Notes: generated from the sequence alone by a model not told the origin. Positions 23,109-35,355 are shown, counted from the first letter of the stretch. The stretch is 64,000 nt of DNA from Rebecca billardiae RCC1528 (GCA_965240325.2 OZ251223.1:2356001-2420000); one strand, 5' to 3'. Numbers and translations: made by a program.

Positions 23109-24127
23109 TACGTCAAGCTCTCGGTGGGGCCGGCCCGCTGACTCAGCGAAAACATTTGACGAAAAGAAATGGCCGTCCGCCGAGCGGGCAGCTTCGCTCT
23201 GGTCTTGCGCGTGCGCGTAGGCGAGGGCTGTGCGACGGCGCGCCAGGTGGGCTGGTCTGGTAGTACCTCGCAACCCCTTCCGGCGCTCATGTCTCGGCTT
23301 CCCGGCGTCTTCTGCGCCCATGCTCATTGGCCGAGTTGATGCGTTTCGACAACAGGCCGGCGGGCGCCTACGCCATCGCGTCATCGCACAGGATGTGCTG
23401 CGGGAGGCAGACGCGCGCGATCTGAAGAGAGAGGCAGTGCATGACTGCATGTGCTTCATATGCGCGCGCGCTCAAGGCACCATTCAAGCTCGTGTCGAGG
23501 GCAGAAGCAGACTCAGTGGGCAACGCTTGGCTTTGGCGACGGTTGCAGTCGAGCTGCGTTAGCAGGCGGAGGAGGGCCAAAGGCGGCACATGCCAGCCGC
23601 GCCGAAGGTCACTTACGCGTGTGAACCGACGATGAGCGCAACGCGCCGCCGCTCCGGCCATCTCAGCCGCCGCAGTCAAGCACGCGCGACGGGCGCTGTG
23701 ACGGGCCTTGGTGCTCATCTCGCCTCGGGCTCGAGGCGCACCTGCGCGCACTGTGTCCGGGCGCTCATGACCTTCGCTCGGTAGGTCATGAGCCCGCTGA
23801 GCCGAAGACGGGCTCAGGAGCTTTCTGGGACGGGTGGAAGGGACTCCCTTGTCACTTGTCAGGAGTGTCCAGCCTGGTCCAGCAAGCCCGGATGCCATGG
23901 CGGTGACTGTCTGTCTGCGTCGGTCTGCATGACGCCGACGGCTTGACGCTCACGTCACACGTGAGTCAGCATCGGCATTCGGCAAGCGCGCTCGACACTC
24001 GACTTGCGAAGATACACTACTACTGTCACTTACCGTAGACATGCACTGGCACTCTGTCGATTAAAGAGGCACCGTGAGTGGAAAAGAGGCACCGTGAGTG
24101 GAGACCGCGGGCGGCTCCGGTCACTGT

Positions 24128-25052
24128 CCGGGACGTCCAGCAGGGGTGCATTCAGACTCTCTGGGGGGATCTGGGGGGGGGGCTCCCCCCAGCCGATCGA
24201 AGGACCAAATACGCCTCAATAAGGCCCCAACTCGCCAGAATTCGCATAGCAGACCGTGTTCGCTGGTGTTGGCGCTGAGGGCTGCGTCGTGCGGCGTCGG
24301 CTCTGCGCCGGGCGGCCATGACGCATTACACACAGCCCCGATATCGGCGCCTCCCTCGCGAGTCAAGACGTAGCGCAGTGCAGGATCGAGCAACGCATTG
24401 ACCGCTGCGGCGCACCGCGCAGGCCACGCCGCACCTCAGCACTCGCGAACAAGCTCTGAGCCAGCCAGCTGTGGCAGTCCTCTGAGGAGCTGCAGCCAAG
24501 CACGAGCTCGTGCGCATACCCGTGGCACCACGAGCTGACGGCGCGGCCCGGGGCGCGAGCAGCTAGAAGCCGACAAGCTCATGCGCACGCCCGCACCGCC
24601 GCGAGGTGTGGCCGCCGGCGCGAGCAGCTCGACGCGGACAGCGCGCAGCTTGCTCGAGTCGACGAGCAGCTTCTCGCCCATCGGTGACTCTCAGTGCACG
24701 AAGGTGCACCCGGGGCGCGAGCGCGACAGGGTGCCGCGGCCAACCAGCGGATGCGCCCGGATCAAGGCCTCCAAGGCGTCTCGTCTCCTCGCCCGCTCGG
24801 CGGAGCTCCATCGTGCGCAGGAGACCGGTCCGGGAGCCCCAAAAAAAGTTCAGCACGATGGAGTCCTCCGTGTTCGGCTGTGACGACGCGTTCAAGGACA
24901 AAGAAACATACGAAATCGTCTGCGGCTTCGGTTTTGAACCTGCGGCTTCATCCGCCGCCCCGGAGATCTTTCGATTGGTACCCTCATCGCTCCCTGGCTC
25001 CCAGGGGTTCGTCTAAATGCACCCCCCCCCATAGGGTCAGTGGACGTCCCTG
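24128..25052. mobile_element. 925-bp non-autonomous hAT-like element with 5-bp TSD
   Basis: Termini CCGGGACGTCCA / TGGACGTCCCTG, inner IR GGGGTGCATTCAGAC / GTCTAAATGCACCCC, and ACTGT duplicated at 24123-27 and 25053-57. Confidence 0.7.
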
Positions 25053-25273
25053 ACTGTGGCTGGAGCCGGGCTGCAGTTTGCAGACTGCACGCGTCGCGGT
25101 TGCCGTGGCCGTCGGGGCGTGGCCGTGGGGCGTGGGCCGCGTGGCCCGCGCGACCGGGCTGGCATTCCGCATTGCCCCGCAATTGACGGCCATCAGCAAG
25201 CGTGCCATCCTTGAAGCGCGACGCCACGGTATCTGAGCGCTGGCGGCGACGACACGTTGCGTCCGACATGGCC

Positions 25274-26514
25274 CTAGCCCCACTTCTTCCACTCCTGGCC
25301 CGTCGGCGCGGTCTTCTCCTGCTCGAAGTCCTTCTCCTTCACCTCGCCCCAGTTGGTGGAGAGGACAGTGCCGCCCGAGGTCTGGAAGGACTTGTTCATC
25401 GCGCGGCGTGTGTCCTCGTCCGAGCGCGCGTAGATGTCCCGGAACAGCTTCTGCAGGGCCTCGTCACCCTCGAGCTTCTCCTCAGCCTCGTCGCGCTTCA
25501 CCTCGTTCTCGAGCGAGTTCCAGTCCACCTTCTTCGGGCGCGACGTCGGGTACGCCGGGCGGGCGGGCGCAGCCGCGCTCGTGCCACCGGGTGCTGGACC
25601 TGCCGGCGGTGGCTCGAAGGCCTTGAGGCCGCCATCGCCCGAGCCCTCGAGCGCGTCCCACTTGCCTGCTGTCGCTTTCTGGAGCCGTACCTCCACCTTA
25701 GTCGGCCCCACCGTGTGCTTGCACGCGTCCACGTCGACCGCGCCGAACAGTGACAGGGACTGCTGGTACTCTGAGTGCGAGCCTGGCAGCTTGATCGAGA
25801 TGTCGACGGCAGCGCGCTCGTAGGTGATCGTCACGTCCTGCTCAGCGCAACCGCGGATGAGCACCGTCACGACGACGTGCGTCAACGTCTGGTACCATTC
25901 GTGCCGCACCCGGCTCGGATCGGTCGTCACGGCCGGCATTGGCGCCGGCGTTGGCGCCGGCGCGGTCGGCGATGGCGCCGCCGGCGATGGCGCCGGCGCA
26001 CTTGGCACTGGCGCGTGCGACTGCGAGCGAGGTGCCGAGACCACTGTCGGGTTGCGCTCAGCCTGGGCGCCGGGGTCGGGTCCGGGGCAGCGGGGAAGGA
26101 GGAGACCCATCAGTCGCACGCCCTGCGCACCGCCGGAGAGGCACACGCATCGCCGCGCGGAGCGGGACACACCTGGCATTTGCGGAGCCATCGCCGAAGC
26201 AGGATGGATTCAGGCACCAAATCGAGGCCTTTGCGAAAGGCGAGCTCCGCCTCGTCGAACTCCTCGAGCCTGAATAACGCTTCTCCTTTGCGCGCGAACG
26301 CCTTCAGGCTCGGAGAGAGCTTGATGCTCTTGGTGGCATCGGCAACCGCGTCGATGAAGTTGCCCAGCTCCATCTGCGCCGCGGCGCGCTTCGCGAAGTA
26401 GTCTGCATTGCTCGGCTCGGCTTCAACGGCGCGTGTGTACGCGAGTAGGGCGGCAGCATACTCGGCGTCCACGAAGAGGGCGTTCGCCTCGTGGTAAGCA
26501 TCCAGGCCCGCCAT
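25274..26514 (-). CDS. SGT1: SGT1 co-chaperone (TPR-CS-SGS), exons 26514-26173 and 26062-25274
   Basis: TPR N-terminus, CS domain RHEWYQT and SGS domain LFRDIY..SDEDTRRAMNKSFQTSGGTVLSTNW. Phase-0 intron 26063-26172 gives WLRKCQ|AER. Confidence 0.93.
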
Positions 26515-26587
26515 CAGCCCGCGACTTTCGAGGGTCGTTGCGCAACGGTGCAACGCGCGCGTCTGGACTCCGTGGGGCGGGCGGCGG

Positions 26588-29068
26588 CCGGCAGCGCTAA
26601 ATCAGCCCGGGCCGATTTAAGCTTATCTCAGCCCGGGCCGATTTAAGCGCTTAAATCGGCCCGGGCTGAGATAAGCTCCGCGCGAGCTTATCTCAGCCCG
26701 GGCTGAGATAAGCGCTTATCTCAGCCCAGCGGCTCGCGACTCGGCCGCCGTGGACTCGGAGCGCACGTCGCGCGGTGCGGCCCGCCCGCTCCATGGCTGC
26801 ACGCGCTGCTGTGTCTTCGGTGGCCACAGGGTGAAGTGTGCTGAGTCTAGTGGCGGGCGCCCAGCTCCACCCACCCCCTTCTCCCTGGCCCGCCCCGCCT
26901 GCCCTCGCCCGCATCGGATGCCTTCCTCGCGCATGCAACTCCACGGCGGCAACTCGGCTTGTGGACTTGCTGCCCGCATGAGAAGCATGCAGCCAACACC
27001 ATGGACGCACCATCGACGTTCGCCAGTTGACCATGTCCGCGCGTAGTCGCACGCGGGTGAACACGGCCCGTGCGCTACAGTCGGTTGTGTGCTGTTGCCA
27101 TTGCACGTTGTTCAAAATGTGCTGAACGTTGCCACCGCGGCCGCCGCGCGCGGGCGTACCGGTGCCAGCGGCACAGGCATGGGCACCGGCGCAGCTCCAT
27201 GGACGATCATGGCGCTGCGGCTAGTGGGCGCGCCGACGCCGGCACGCCCGCAGCTGTCGGCGCGCACGGCGAGCACGCCAAGCTCGCAGCGCGTGCCGCG
27301 GCTCAGGGGCTGGTGCGCACGGACAGCAAGCTAAGGTTGCGGTGTGCGCCGCGGTCCGCACGCACGCAACGGCCGCCGCATGCGCCACGCGCGCGGTGGC
27401 CGCCGCGCGCGCCGCGGTTGCCGCGCGCGCCGTGGCTGCCGCGCGCGCCGCGGCGGACCAGCGCGCCGCGGCCGTGCGCGACGACCGAAGGCTAGTCTGT
27501 GGCGGATAGCGAGCGAGCGCGCCGCCGCGGCCAGTGAGCGCGCAGCGGCCGGCGAGCACGCTCAGCCTCATCGCGCAACTGTCACGTGTTGGCGCCAGGC
27601 TTGATGGGCACCTGCGGCGTTGGGCCAATGGGCATCTGTGGCCCGTGCGGTGCGCGCTCGCCGGTTGCGGTGGCGCGCTCGCCAATACCTACGCATGCTG
27701 GCGCGGCCTGCTCACCGGTCGCGGTGGCGCAAGCCCCGGCTGCACCATCCATCCGCGCCGGTTGCGGCGCGCTCACTAGCCGCAGCGGCAAGCTCGCTAT
27801 CCGCCACAGACTCGCCTTCGGTCGCCGTGCGCGGGGCGGTCGCGGCGCGTTGGTCGGCCTCGGCGCGCTCGCCGGCCGCGGCGCGCGCGGCAGCCGCGGC
27901 GCGCGCAGCAGCCACGGCGCGCTCGCCGGCCGGGCGCGACGGCCGAGTTACGCTGTCTGCCGCCGTGGCGCGCTTACCGGCCGCAGCGCGCGTGGCAGCC
28001 GCGGCGCAATCGCCAGCCGCGCGGCGCGCGGCAGCCGCGGCGCGCTCACCGTCCGGGCGCGCGCAGCAGCCGCGGCGCACTCGCCGGCCGCGGCGCGCTC
28101 GCCGGCCGGGCGCGCTCAGCAGCCGCGGCGCGCTCGCCGGCCGCGGCGCGCTCGCCGGCTGCGGCGCGCAAGACGGCTGCGGCGCGCGCGGCGGCCGTTG
28201 TGTGCACGCGGACCACGGTGCGCGCGGCGACCTTGGCGTGCTCGCCAAGCGCGCCGAAAGCTGCGAGCGCGACGGCGCCGGTGAGCCCACCAGCTGCGGC
28301 GCCACGACCGTCGACAGTGTATTACTCTGCCGAAGCGCCTGCCACACTTGAGACGCAGCGAGCCGCACACCACAGCTGTCAGCCGATGGTCCAAGCTCGG
28401 TCGTGAACCGGCAGCCGCCGCGCAGAGTAGTGCGCCGCGCGAAGGGACCGTTTCGATCTGACGGGATCGCGATGATTGGCTGATCCAGCGTCGAGCGTGA
28501 CCGGCAAGTATGCCAAGCTGGGCAAGCACATGCCGCAACGCGCGAACGGTACAAGGGCAACGTGGTACAAGGGCAACGGCACACGGCAGACAGGTGCACG
28601 TGGGCCGTGGCCACATGCGTGCGATTACACATGACACACATGTACAGCACACGACGTACAAGTACCCGCGACCGTCGATGGTGGAATCGATGGTGGAACA
28701 ATGGCGTTGGCTGAGGCCGTTGCATGCGCGAGGAAGGCATCCGATGCAGGCGAGGGCAGGCGGGGCGGGCCAGGGAGAAGGGGGTGGGTGGAGCTGGGCC
28801 CGCCACTAGACTCAGCACACTTCACCCTGTGGCCACCGAAGACACAGCAGCGCGTGCAGCCATGGAGCGGGCGGGCCGCACCGCGCGACGTGCGCTCCGA
28901 GTCCACGGCGGCCGAGTCGCGAGCCGCTGGGCTGAGATAAGCGCTTATCTCAGCCCGGGCTGAGATAAGCTCGCGCGGAGCTTATCTCAGCCCGGGCCGA
29001 TTTAAGCGCTTAAATCGGCCCGGGCTGAGATAAGCTTAAATCGGCCCGGGCTGATTTAGCGCTGCCGG
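26588..29068. mobile_element. 2.5-kb non-coding foldback element (Mutator-like long TIRs)
   Basis: ~350-bp near-perfect TIRs at 26588-26939 and 28719-29068, with nested palindromes in the outer ~140 bp. Flanks share GCGGCGG (TSD length ambiguous). Confidence 0.85.
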
Positions 29069-29189
29069 GCGGCGGCGGCGGCGGCGAGCTGGCTGGGAGT
29101 CCGAATATAAAAGATCACGATGGCTTGGAGTTGATTTATTTTCGGCGCGTCCCGTCGCTAATGCGCATCAATTTGGGTGTGTGCGGGCG

Positions 29190-32100
29190 ATGGCCGTGCC
29201 GGCTCTGCCGAAGCGCTCGTCGTCTTCGTTTGGACCGCTTCGCGAGGAGGAGGAGGAGGGCGGTGAGGAGGAAGGGGACGATGCAGAGTTTCATGACGCG
29301 TCTGCGCATCCGCCCGGCCCCGTATGGTCCTTGGACGAGGTGGTGAGCGAGGAGGCGCAGTGGGCGGCGTCGCGGCTGGTCTACACGGGCGAGGGCGGAT
29401 CGATCGCGCTGTGCCTCTCAGCAGGCGGCATCCGGGCCGCGGCGTGCGGCCTGGGCGTGATGTGGCGGATGGCATCCCTCGGCTGCCTCCGCTCGGTCGG
29501 CTACCTGAGCACGGTCTCCGGCGGCGGGTACACGGGCACGTCCTACTGCACACACCTGCTCGATGAGGAGGAGCTGCCGCCGACCGAGCCCGCGGCGTGC
29601 GACGCGTGGTACCGGCGCGTGCTCGCGCGCGTGACCATGCGGATGCAGCGCAACTGCGGCTACGTCCTCACCTTCGGCACGCCGCCGTGCGAAGTGCCCA
29701 GCGACGGCTCGTCCCGGCTGCCGCGCGGCAGCTATGACGTGCTGCTGTTTGCGCTCGTGCTCGCGGCCGTGCTCGTCTTCCCGCTGCTCGAGCTGGCGAA
29801 GGTGGCGGTCCCCGCCGCGGTGTACGTGAACCTCTTCCACGGCGAGCAGCTGCGCCAGGTCTTCTGCGTGCAGGCACTCTGCTCCGAGTTCGTGTACTCG
29901 GCGGTGATGCGAGTCGGGCAGGACGAGCTCGGCCTTGCCAACAGCACGCGCGTCGGCGCGCTCGACGTGGGCGTGCAGCGCGAGCGGTACGTGATGATGT
30001 GCTCGACGTTCGAGGACACGGCGGACCTGCAGGATCTGCCCGAGGTCTTCCTCCTCCCATGGCTCTACCTCACCCTGCCCGTCGGGCTCGCGTACCTGAT
30101 GATGCAGCGCGGCCGCCGGCTGTGCTTCCCGATGCGCCACGAGCCGAGTGGCAGCGTCGGCAGCCCGCGCTCGTCCGCCTCGGCGCTGGGCGGGCTGCAG
30201 CGGCGCTCGTCGAGTCTGGACGAGGCGGCGATGCGCGCGAGCGCGTTCGAGAAGCCCGCGCCCGCCGGCGGGTGGGGCGTGCTCGTGCACCACTCGGTGA
30301 CGAAGCTGCTGCGCGCGCTCGTGGTGATCTCGATTGTGCTCAACCTGCTGGTGCTGTGCATCTTTGTGATGCAGCAGCTCGACTGGCGGCTGTGGATGTG
30401 GACGGACTACGGGCCGGACGGGCACACGTACCGCGGCTCGTGGCGGCCGTCGCTCTGCGCGTGCGACCGCAGCGTGCCCCGCTCGGGCGAGCACTGCTCC
30501 ACCGACACCTTCAGGCCGGTGAGCACGTGGGCGTCGCACTCGCGGCTCGCCAAGCTCGCGCTCGACGCCACGTACGGCATCGACCTGCCGACGATGTGCG
30601 CGGAGGAGGGCGCCGGGGAGATCGCGGCGATCGCGGGCACGTCGCGCTCGACGCGGTACTTCCTCGTCGGCGGGGGCGGCCTCTTCGTCCTCGCGCTCCT
30701 CTTCGGCGCCGTCTCGCACGGCGCGCGGCCGCTAGGCGTGCTCGCCTCGTGCGTCTTCCCCGCGCTGCTGCTGTGGCTCACGGCGAGCGCGTGCCAGTGG
30801 AAGGTGTACGGCCCGATCACGGGGCAGACCGTCTCGATGCTGCCGGCGGACGTGGGCCCGTACACGTTCGACACGTGGTGCGGCGTGCTCTTCTCGCTCG
30901 TCACGCTGCACATGGTCTTCGTCGTCTTCTTCAAGCGCATTGGCTCGGTGGTGTCCACGTACTACCGCGTGTGCCTCACGCGCGCCTTCTATCCGCGCGG
31001 CGCGGACAAGCCGCTGAGCGCGCTCGCCGGCCGGCTGGCGGTGCCCACGCTGATCTCGGGCTGCACGCTGAACGAGTACATGCGGCCGAGCGACACCGAG
31101 CGCTCCAGCGCGTTCGCGCTCACGCCCTCGCGCATGGGCTGCGCGCGCACCGGCTACGTGCGCCCGCCGGCCTCGTGGACGCTCGGGCAGACGATGGGCA
31201 TCTCGGGCGCCGCGATCGACGGCGCGGTGCTCACGATGAAGAACTCCTTCCTCAACCGGCTGTACCTCAGGATCACCTCGGCCTACCTGGGCGGCTGGGT
31301 GCCGTACGACGACCACTCGCTCGCCGCCGGCAGCGCGGCGGCCGGCGATGTGTGCGCGCCCGCCGGCAGCGGCGGCGGCGGCGGTCGTGCCGAGCACGCG
31401 GCCGGCACTTCGGCGGCGGATGGCGGCGGCGGCGCGGCCGCCGCCGCCGCCGCCGCGCCGAGCGACAGCCGTCCGGCGCGCCGCACGGGCAGCGGTGCGC
31501 AGTGCGCGCCGACGCCGCTGCAGCGATGGGGCCCGTCCAACGCGGACTCGTGGCCCGGCATGCTCGGGCTCGTCCTGTGGCTCGCCTCCTTCCTCCTCGC
31601 GGGCAGCTTCGAGGTCGAGGGCACGTGCGGCGCGCACGCGGCCGCGCTGTACAGCGGGCTCGGATTGTTCTGCACGCTCTTCAGCGTCTGCTTCTTCGGC
31701 TACGCGGGCCCGGCGCGCGTGCTGCTGTGCATGCCGGTGCTGCGCTCGATGACGTCCATCTTCAAGGTGCACTACGACTGGCGCCCGCCCCCGTACCTGC
31801 GGCTGAGCGACGGCGGGCTGATCGACAAGCTCGGGCTGGTCGAGTGCCTGCGCCGGCGCGTGCGTTGGATCGTCGTGTCTGACGGCAGCACCGACAGCCG
31901 CCGACCCACGCTGCGCGACCTGCGCCGCGCGATCGTGACGGCGCGGCGCGAGCTCGGCTGCTCCTTCTCCGTCGCGCGTGACCCGATCATCGATGTGGAG
32001 GACGAGCTCGACGCGTACCGCCGGCGTGCGGTCCCGTTCGTGCACCTGCGCGCGACCTACCCGGCCGCCGCGCCGCTGGGCGCTGCTGGGCTGAGCCAGC

Positions 32101-32641
32101 GCGCCGACTCGCACGCGCGCGCGCCCGAGGTGAGCGACATCTTCCACATACGGTGCGCGCCAATGGCCGCCCCGCCTGCTGCCCAGACACCACCACCTGC
32201 CCCCCCCGCGCGCGCGACGTGCGCCGAGCGCTCAGCGCCGCCCCCGGCACGCGCCCACGCCTGCCCGCCGCTCGTCGCGCGCGGCCTCCCGCCCTCTGCG
32301 CGCGCAGGCTGCGGCTGCCACACCACGATCGCACCGCGGTGCAGCCGCTGATTGGCGAGGATGAGGTCGCCCACAACGCCCCGCTCGACCCCGCGAGCGT
32401 GGACGGGCGCCGGCGCGCCGAGCTTGGCGGGCTGTGCTGCGAGGGCTGCACCACCTCCTCCCTCGGCCGGGTGCTCACCGGCCGCTTCCCAAACTTCTCG
32501 ACGGGCAACCAGTTCTTCACGCCGACCGTGTTTGCCAACATCTGCCGGCTCAGCTTCGAGCTGGCGGACGAGCCCGTGCGGAGGTTGGTCGAGCTGCGCG
32601 AGAGAGCGGCCGAGGCGGAACGGCTCGAGCGGCGCGTGTGA
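29190..32641 (+). CDS. Multi-TM patatin/cPLA2-like phospholipase, exons 29190-32152 and 32308-32641
   Basis: ALCLSAGGIRAA (oxyanion), YLSTVSGGGY (nucleophile Ser), LSDGG (Asp) and C-terminal FPNFSTGNQFF. Phase-2 intron 32153-32307 (GTGCGC...GCAG) restores the frame. Confidence 0.82.
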
Positions 32642-32902
32642 CTCGCGGCTGCGCCGGCCGCGCGTGCGCGCGCCGCGCCGTGTGGATAGTAGCGCTGTTC
32701 GCTTCGCAATGATCGACGGCGTCAATCACGAGCCGACTGTCTGCAGGTACTAAGTACTAGCATCGCAACCGCGCCCTGCTTGTGCTCACCAGCACGACAA
32801 AAGCAGATTCTCGCGTGATCGCGACGATGATGAATTCATTAAAAATTAATATACCGCGATGATCCCCGTCGTAGGGAGTCACGTGTACATGGCGACGCTC
32901 GC

Positions 32903-33688
32903 ATGGACGACCTCGACGTGACTGCGCTGCTGCCCGAGGGGCTGTCGGATCGTTGGGTGCGCCTCTACGTCCGCCTTTGGCGTGACGCAGCAAGGCTCAC
33001 CGCCGCCGACGGCCTCCCGCGCGCGGTGCACATCTCCCTCCTGCCAGATGGGAGTGTCCGTCTGACGGTGTCTGTGCGTCCGCCTGATGCACAAGGGCCT
33101 GATGCTTCTCCACAGGGAACCCCCGCTGGTGGCAGCCAGCGGCGCGAGGGAGGTGGTGGCGCGCCTTCTAAAGCTCCCCTGCATCCCGCCCCGCGCCGAG
33201 CGCGCAAGTCGGCTCCGCCGGCGCGCGCGCTCGCCGCGCAGGGCTCGGGTACTGGAGTGCAGGCTGCAAACGGCGAGCAGCAGCACTCTCAGAAGCGGAA
33301 GAAGAAGCCTCGGCGCGGGAAGCGCGGGCCTCGGCGTGACGCGCAAGGCAGGCGGATTCGATCTCCATCGAGCCGCCGCACCTCGTCGCGGCGCGCCGTC
33401 GAGAAACGCCAGGAGCGCAAGGCGGCGCGGCTGGCGGCCTCTCTGCCCGCAGCACCTGCGCCTGCTCCAGCTGCTGTCCCCCACGCGGACCGAGACTCGT
33501 CCATGGACGACGACTCGGACGACGAGGATGCGCAGCAGTCGGGGGCAAAGCGTACCCTGCACGCCGCAGCAGCGCCAGCCGCCGCCAGCAAGCCAGCTGA
33601 GCAGAGCGGCAAGCGCGCACGCGGCCGCGCAGGGCACACGGGGACGACTACATCACCGCCGGATCACCCGCCAGGGCCCAGCGGCTGA
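32903..33688 (+). CDS. Hypothetical protein with basic low-complexity tail (possibly TE-derived)
   Basis: 261-aa ATG ORF; ordered-looking first ~60 aa, then Lys/Arg-rich NLS-like and acidic patches. Confidence 0.45.
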   Translation: MDDLDVTALLPEGLSDRWVRLYVRLWRDAARLTAADGLPRAVHISLLPDGSVRLTVSVRPPDAQGPDASPQGTPAGGSQRREGGGGAPSKAPLHPAPRRARKSAPPARALAAQGSGTGVQAANGEQQHSQKRKKKPRRGKRGPRRDAQGRRIRSPSSRRTSSRRAVEKRQERKAARLAASLPAAPAPAPAAVPHADRDSSMDDDSDDEDAQQSGAKRTLHAAAAPAAASKPAEQSGKRARGRAGHTGTTTSPPDHPPGPSG

Positions 33689-33987
33689 GACGGCCGTCTG
33701 ACATCCGGACCTGCACCCTCGCCCTCGCTCGGGGCACAGCAGGTCCATGCGAGCCGCGCAGCGCAGGTGGATCGCGCTCCAGCAGCTCAAGGCCGCGCTC
33801 AAGCCATTCGATCGCGGTTCAGGCTATGCTCTGCCACCAGCGCCGACTTCGTGTCGACGATCGGGCACTGCCGACGACGAATCAGGAGACCTGCGCCGTC
33901 CTACCTGTGTCGTTAAATCATAGAATGAGTCCGCAGCCATGACGACGAATAAGAATCCCGGCGTGTCGCCGTCGAGGCGTGTGGCCA

Positions 33988-34565
33988 ATGGCTGCCTCTC
34001 TGTTCTCGACACGTCGTGCATCAGGATGGGCATGGTGCACCATGGCGTTGACGCGTGCCCTGGCGTCGCCGGCCGGCCGCATAGTCGTCCCACGCTCCAA
34101 GATCGACGCGGCATACACCCGCTCGAGTGGCCCAGGGGGGCAAAACGTCAACAAGGTGAACACAAAGGTCGAGCTCCGCTTCACGGTGGCCGATGCGGAC
34201 TGGCTGCCAGATGAGGTGCGAGACCGATTGGCCGATGAGCAGCGGAATCGCATGAACAAAGCCGGTGAGCTCATTGTCACGGCATCAGAAAGCCGCACGC
34301 AGGCGGGAAACATGGATCTCGCCATTCGCAAGCTGCAAAGCATGGTGGATGACGCGTGCATTCCACCCAAGGTGCGCGCTGCGCGTGCCAGCGCCAGGTT
34401 CAGGCAGAAGCTGATGTGCGCCCTCGTCCTCGCCCGCTGGACGATGCTGTGTGCCAGGAACGAAACATGTGGAAGGGGCTGTCGGAGAAGACGAAGAAGA
34501 GGAGAGTTGAGGACAAGCGTCGGAAGTCAACAGTCAAGCAGAACCGCAAGCGTGTTGAGTTCTAA
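33988..34565 (+). CDS. ICT1: Peptidyl-tRNA hydrolase ICT1/ArfB-type, exons 33988-34371 and 34458-34565
   Basis: RSSGPGGQNVNKVNTKVELRF (GGQ) and ESRTQAGN. Intron 34372-34457 supplies the basic tail RRVEDKRRKSTVKQNR. Confidence 0.9.
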
Positions 34566-35019
34566 CACTAACTATGCTCAAGAAGCCTCATGTTCAGATT
34601 TTCTTAAAGTATGCTGCTATGGTCAGCTACAGTACTACTGTACTACCGTAATACTATATATGTTCTTGTGCATCATCCGTGGGTCCCAAGCCCAAGCGAC
34701 GCGCGCGCCGGGTCGCGGCCGTCGCGACGAGTCACGTCTCACGAGGCGCGGACTCGTCCCCATCACTCATCAGAAATGACAGAATCCGACGAAGTCCCAT
34801 CACTCATCAGGCATCAGTGTTTGCTCGAGTGTCAGTGGTACCGCGAGTCACAGACTCACAGTCACTACAGCAGCAGGCGGTGTCACAACGGCGCAGTAGC
34901 CTGGCACGGCAGTACATCAGAGTACGACTGATGATGCATGCTCGTCAGGCAACTGACTGGCCGAAGTGGCAAGTGCGCACCAAACCGGGTCGTCCGGTCA
35001 AACGGGTCAATAAAATGGT

Positions 35020-35056
<37 letters not shown>

Positions 35057-35064
<8 letters not shown>

Positions 35065-35355
35065 TTTAAACGACGTGGTATGCAACGGGCAGGCGTCAGA
35101 GTCAGTCAGCTGCAGCAGCAGATCGAGCAGCAGAGACAAACAGCACCAGGATCAGCGCTCCTCGCCGTCGTCCTCCCCCCTCGTAGTCGCCCATCACTCT
35201 GGTCCTGGACATCGCCGAGCGGAAGCTCGACGCACCGTCTGGCGTCGACGCGCGCGCGCCACCACGGTGGTCGCGGTGCCACGCGTCGTCAGCCGTCGTC
35301 TCGAAGTAGTCGTCGTATGCAGCGCCCCCGCGGGCGCGTGCCCCCGGGCGCACGA
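35057..35355 (+). repeat. Dispersed repeat flanked by (TA)n; second copy at ~63553-63809
   Basis: AACGACGTGGTATGCAACGGGCAGGCGTCAGA...CAGCCGTCGTCTCGAAGT is shared in the same orientation. Confidence 0.85.

Noticed and set aside
23160-23900. Possible spliced gene divergent from COQ3 before the TE insertions
   Set aside because: Candidate ATG and splice sites exist, but no consistent recognisable protein could be assembled.
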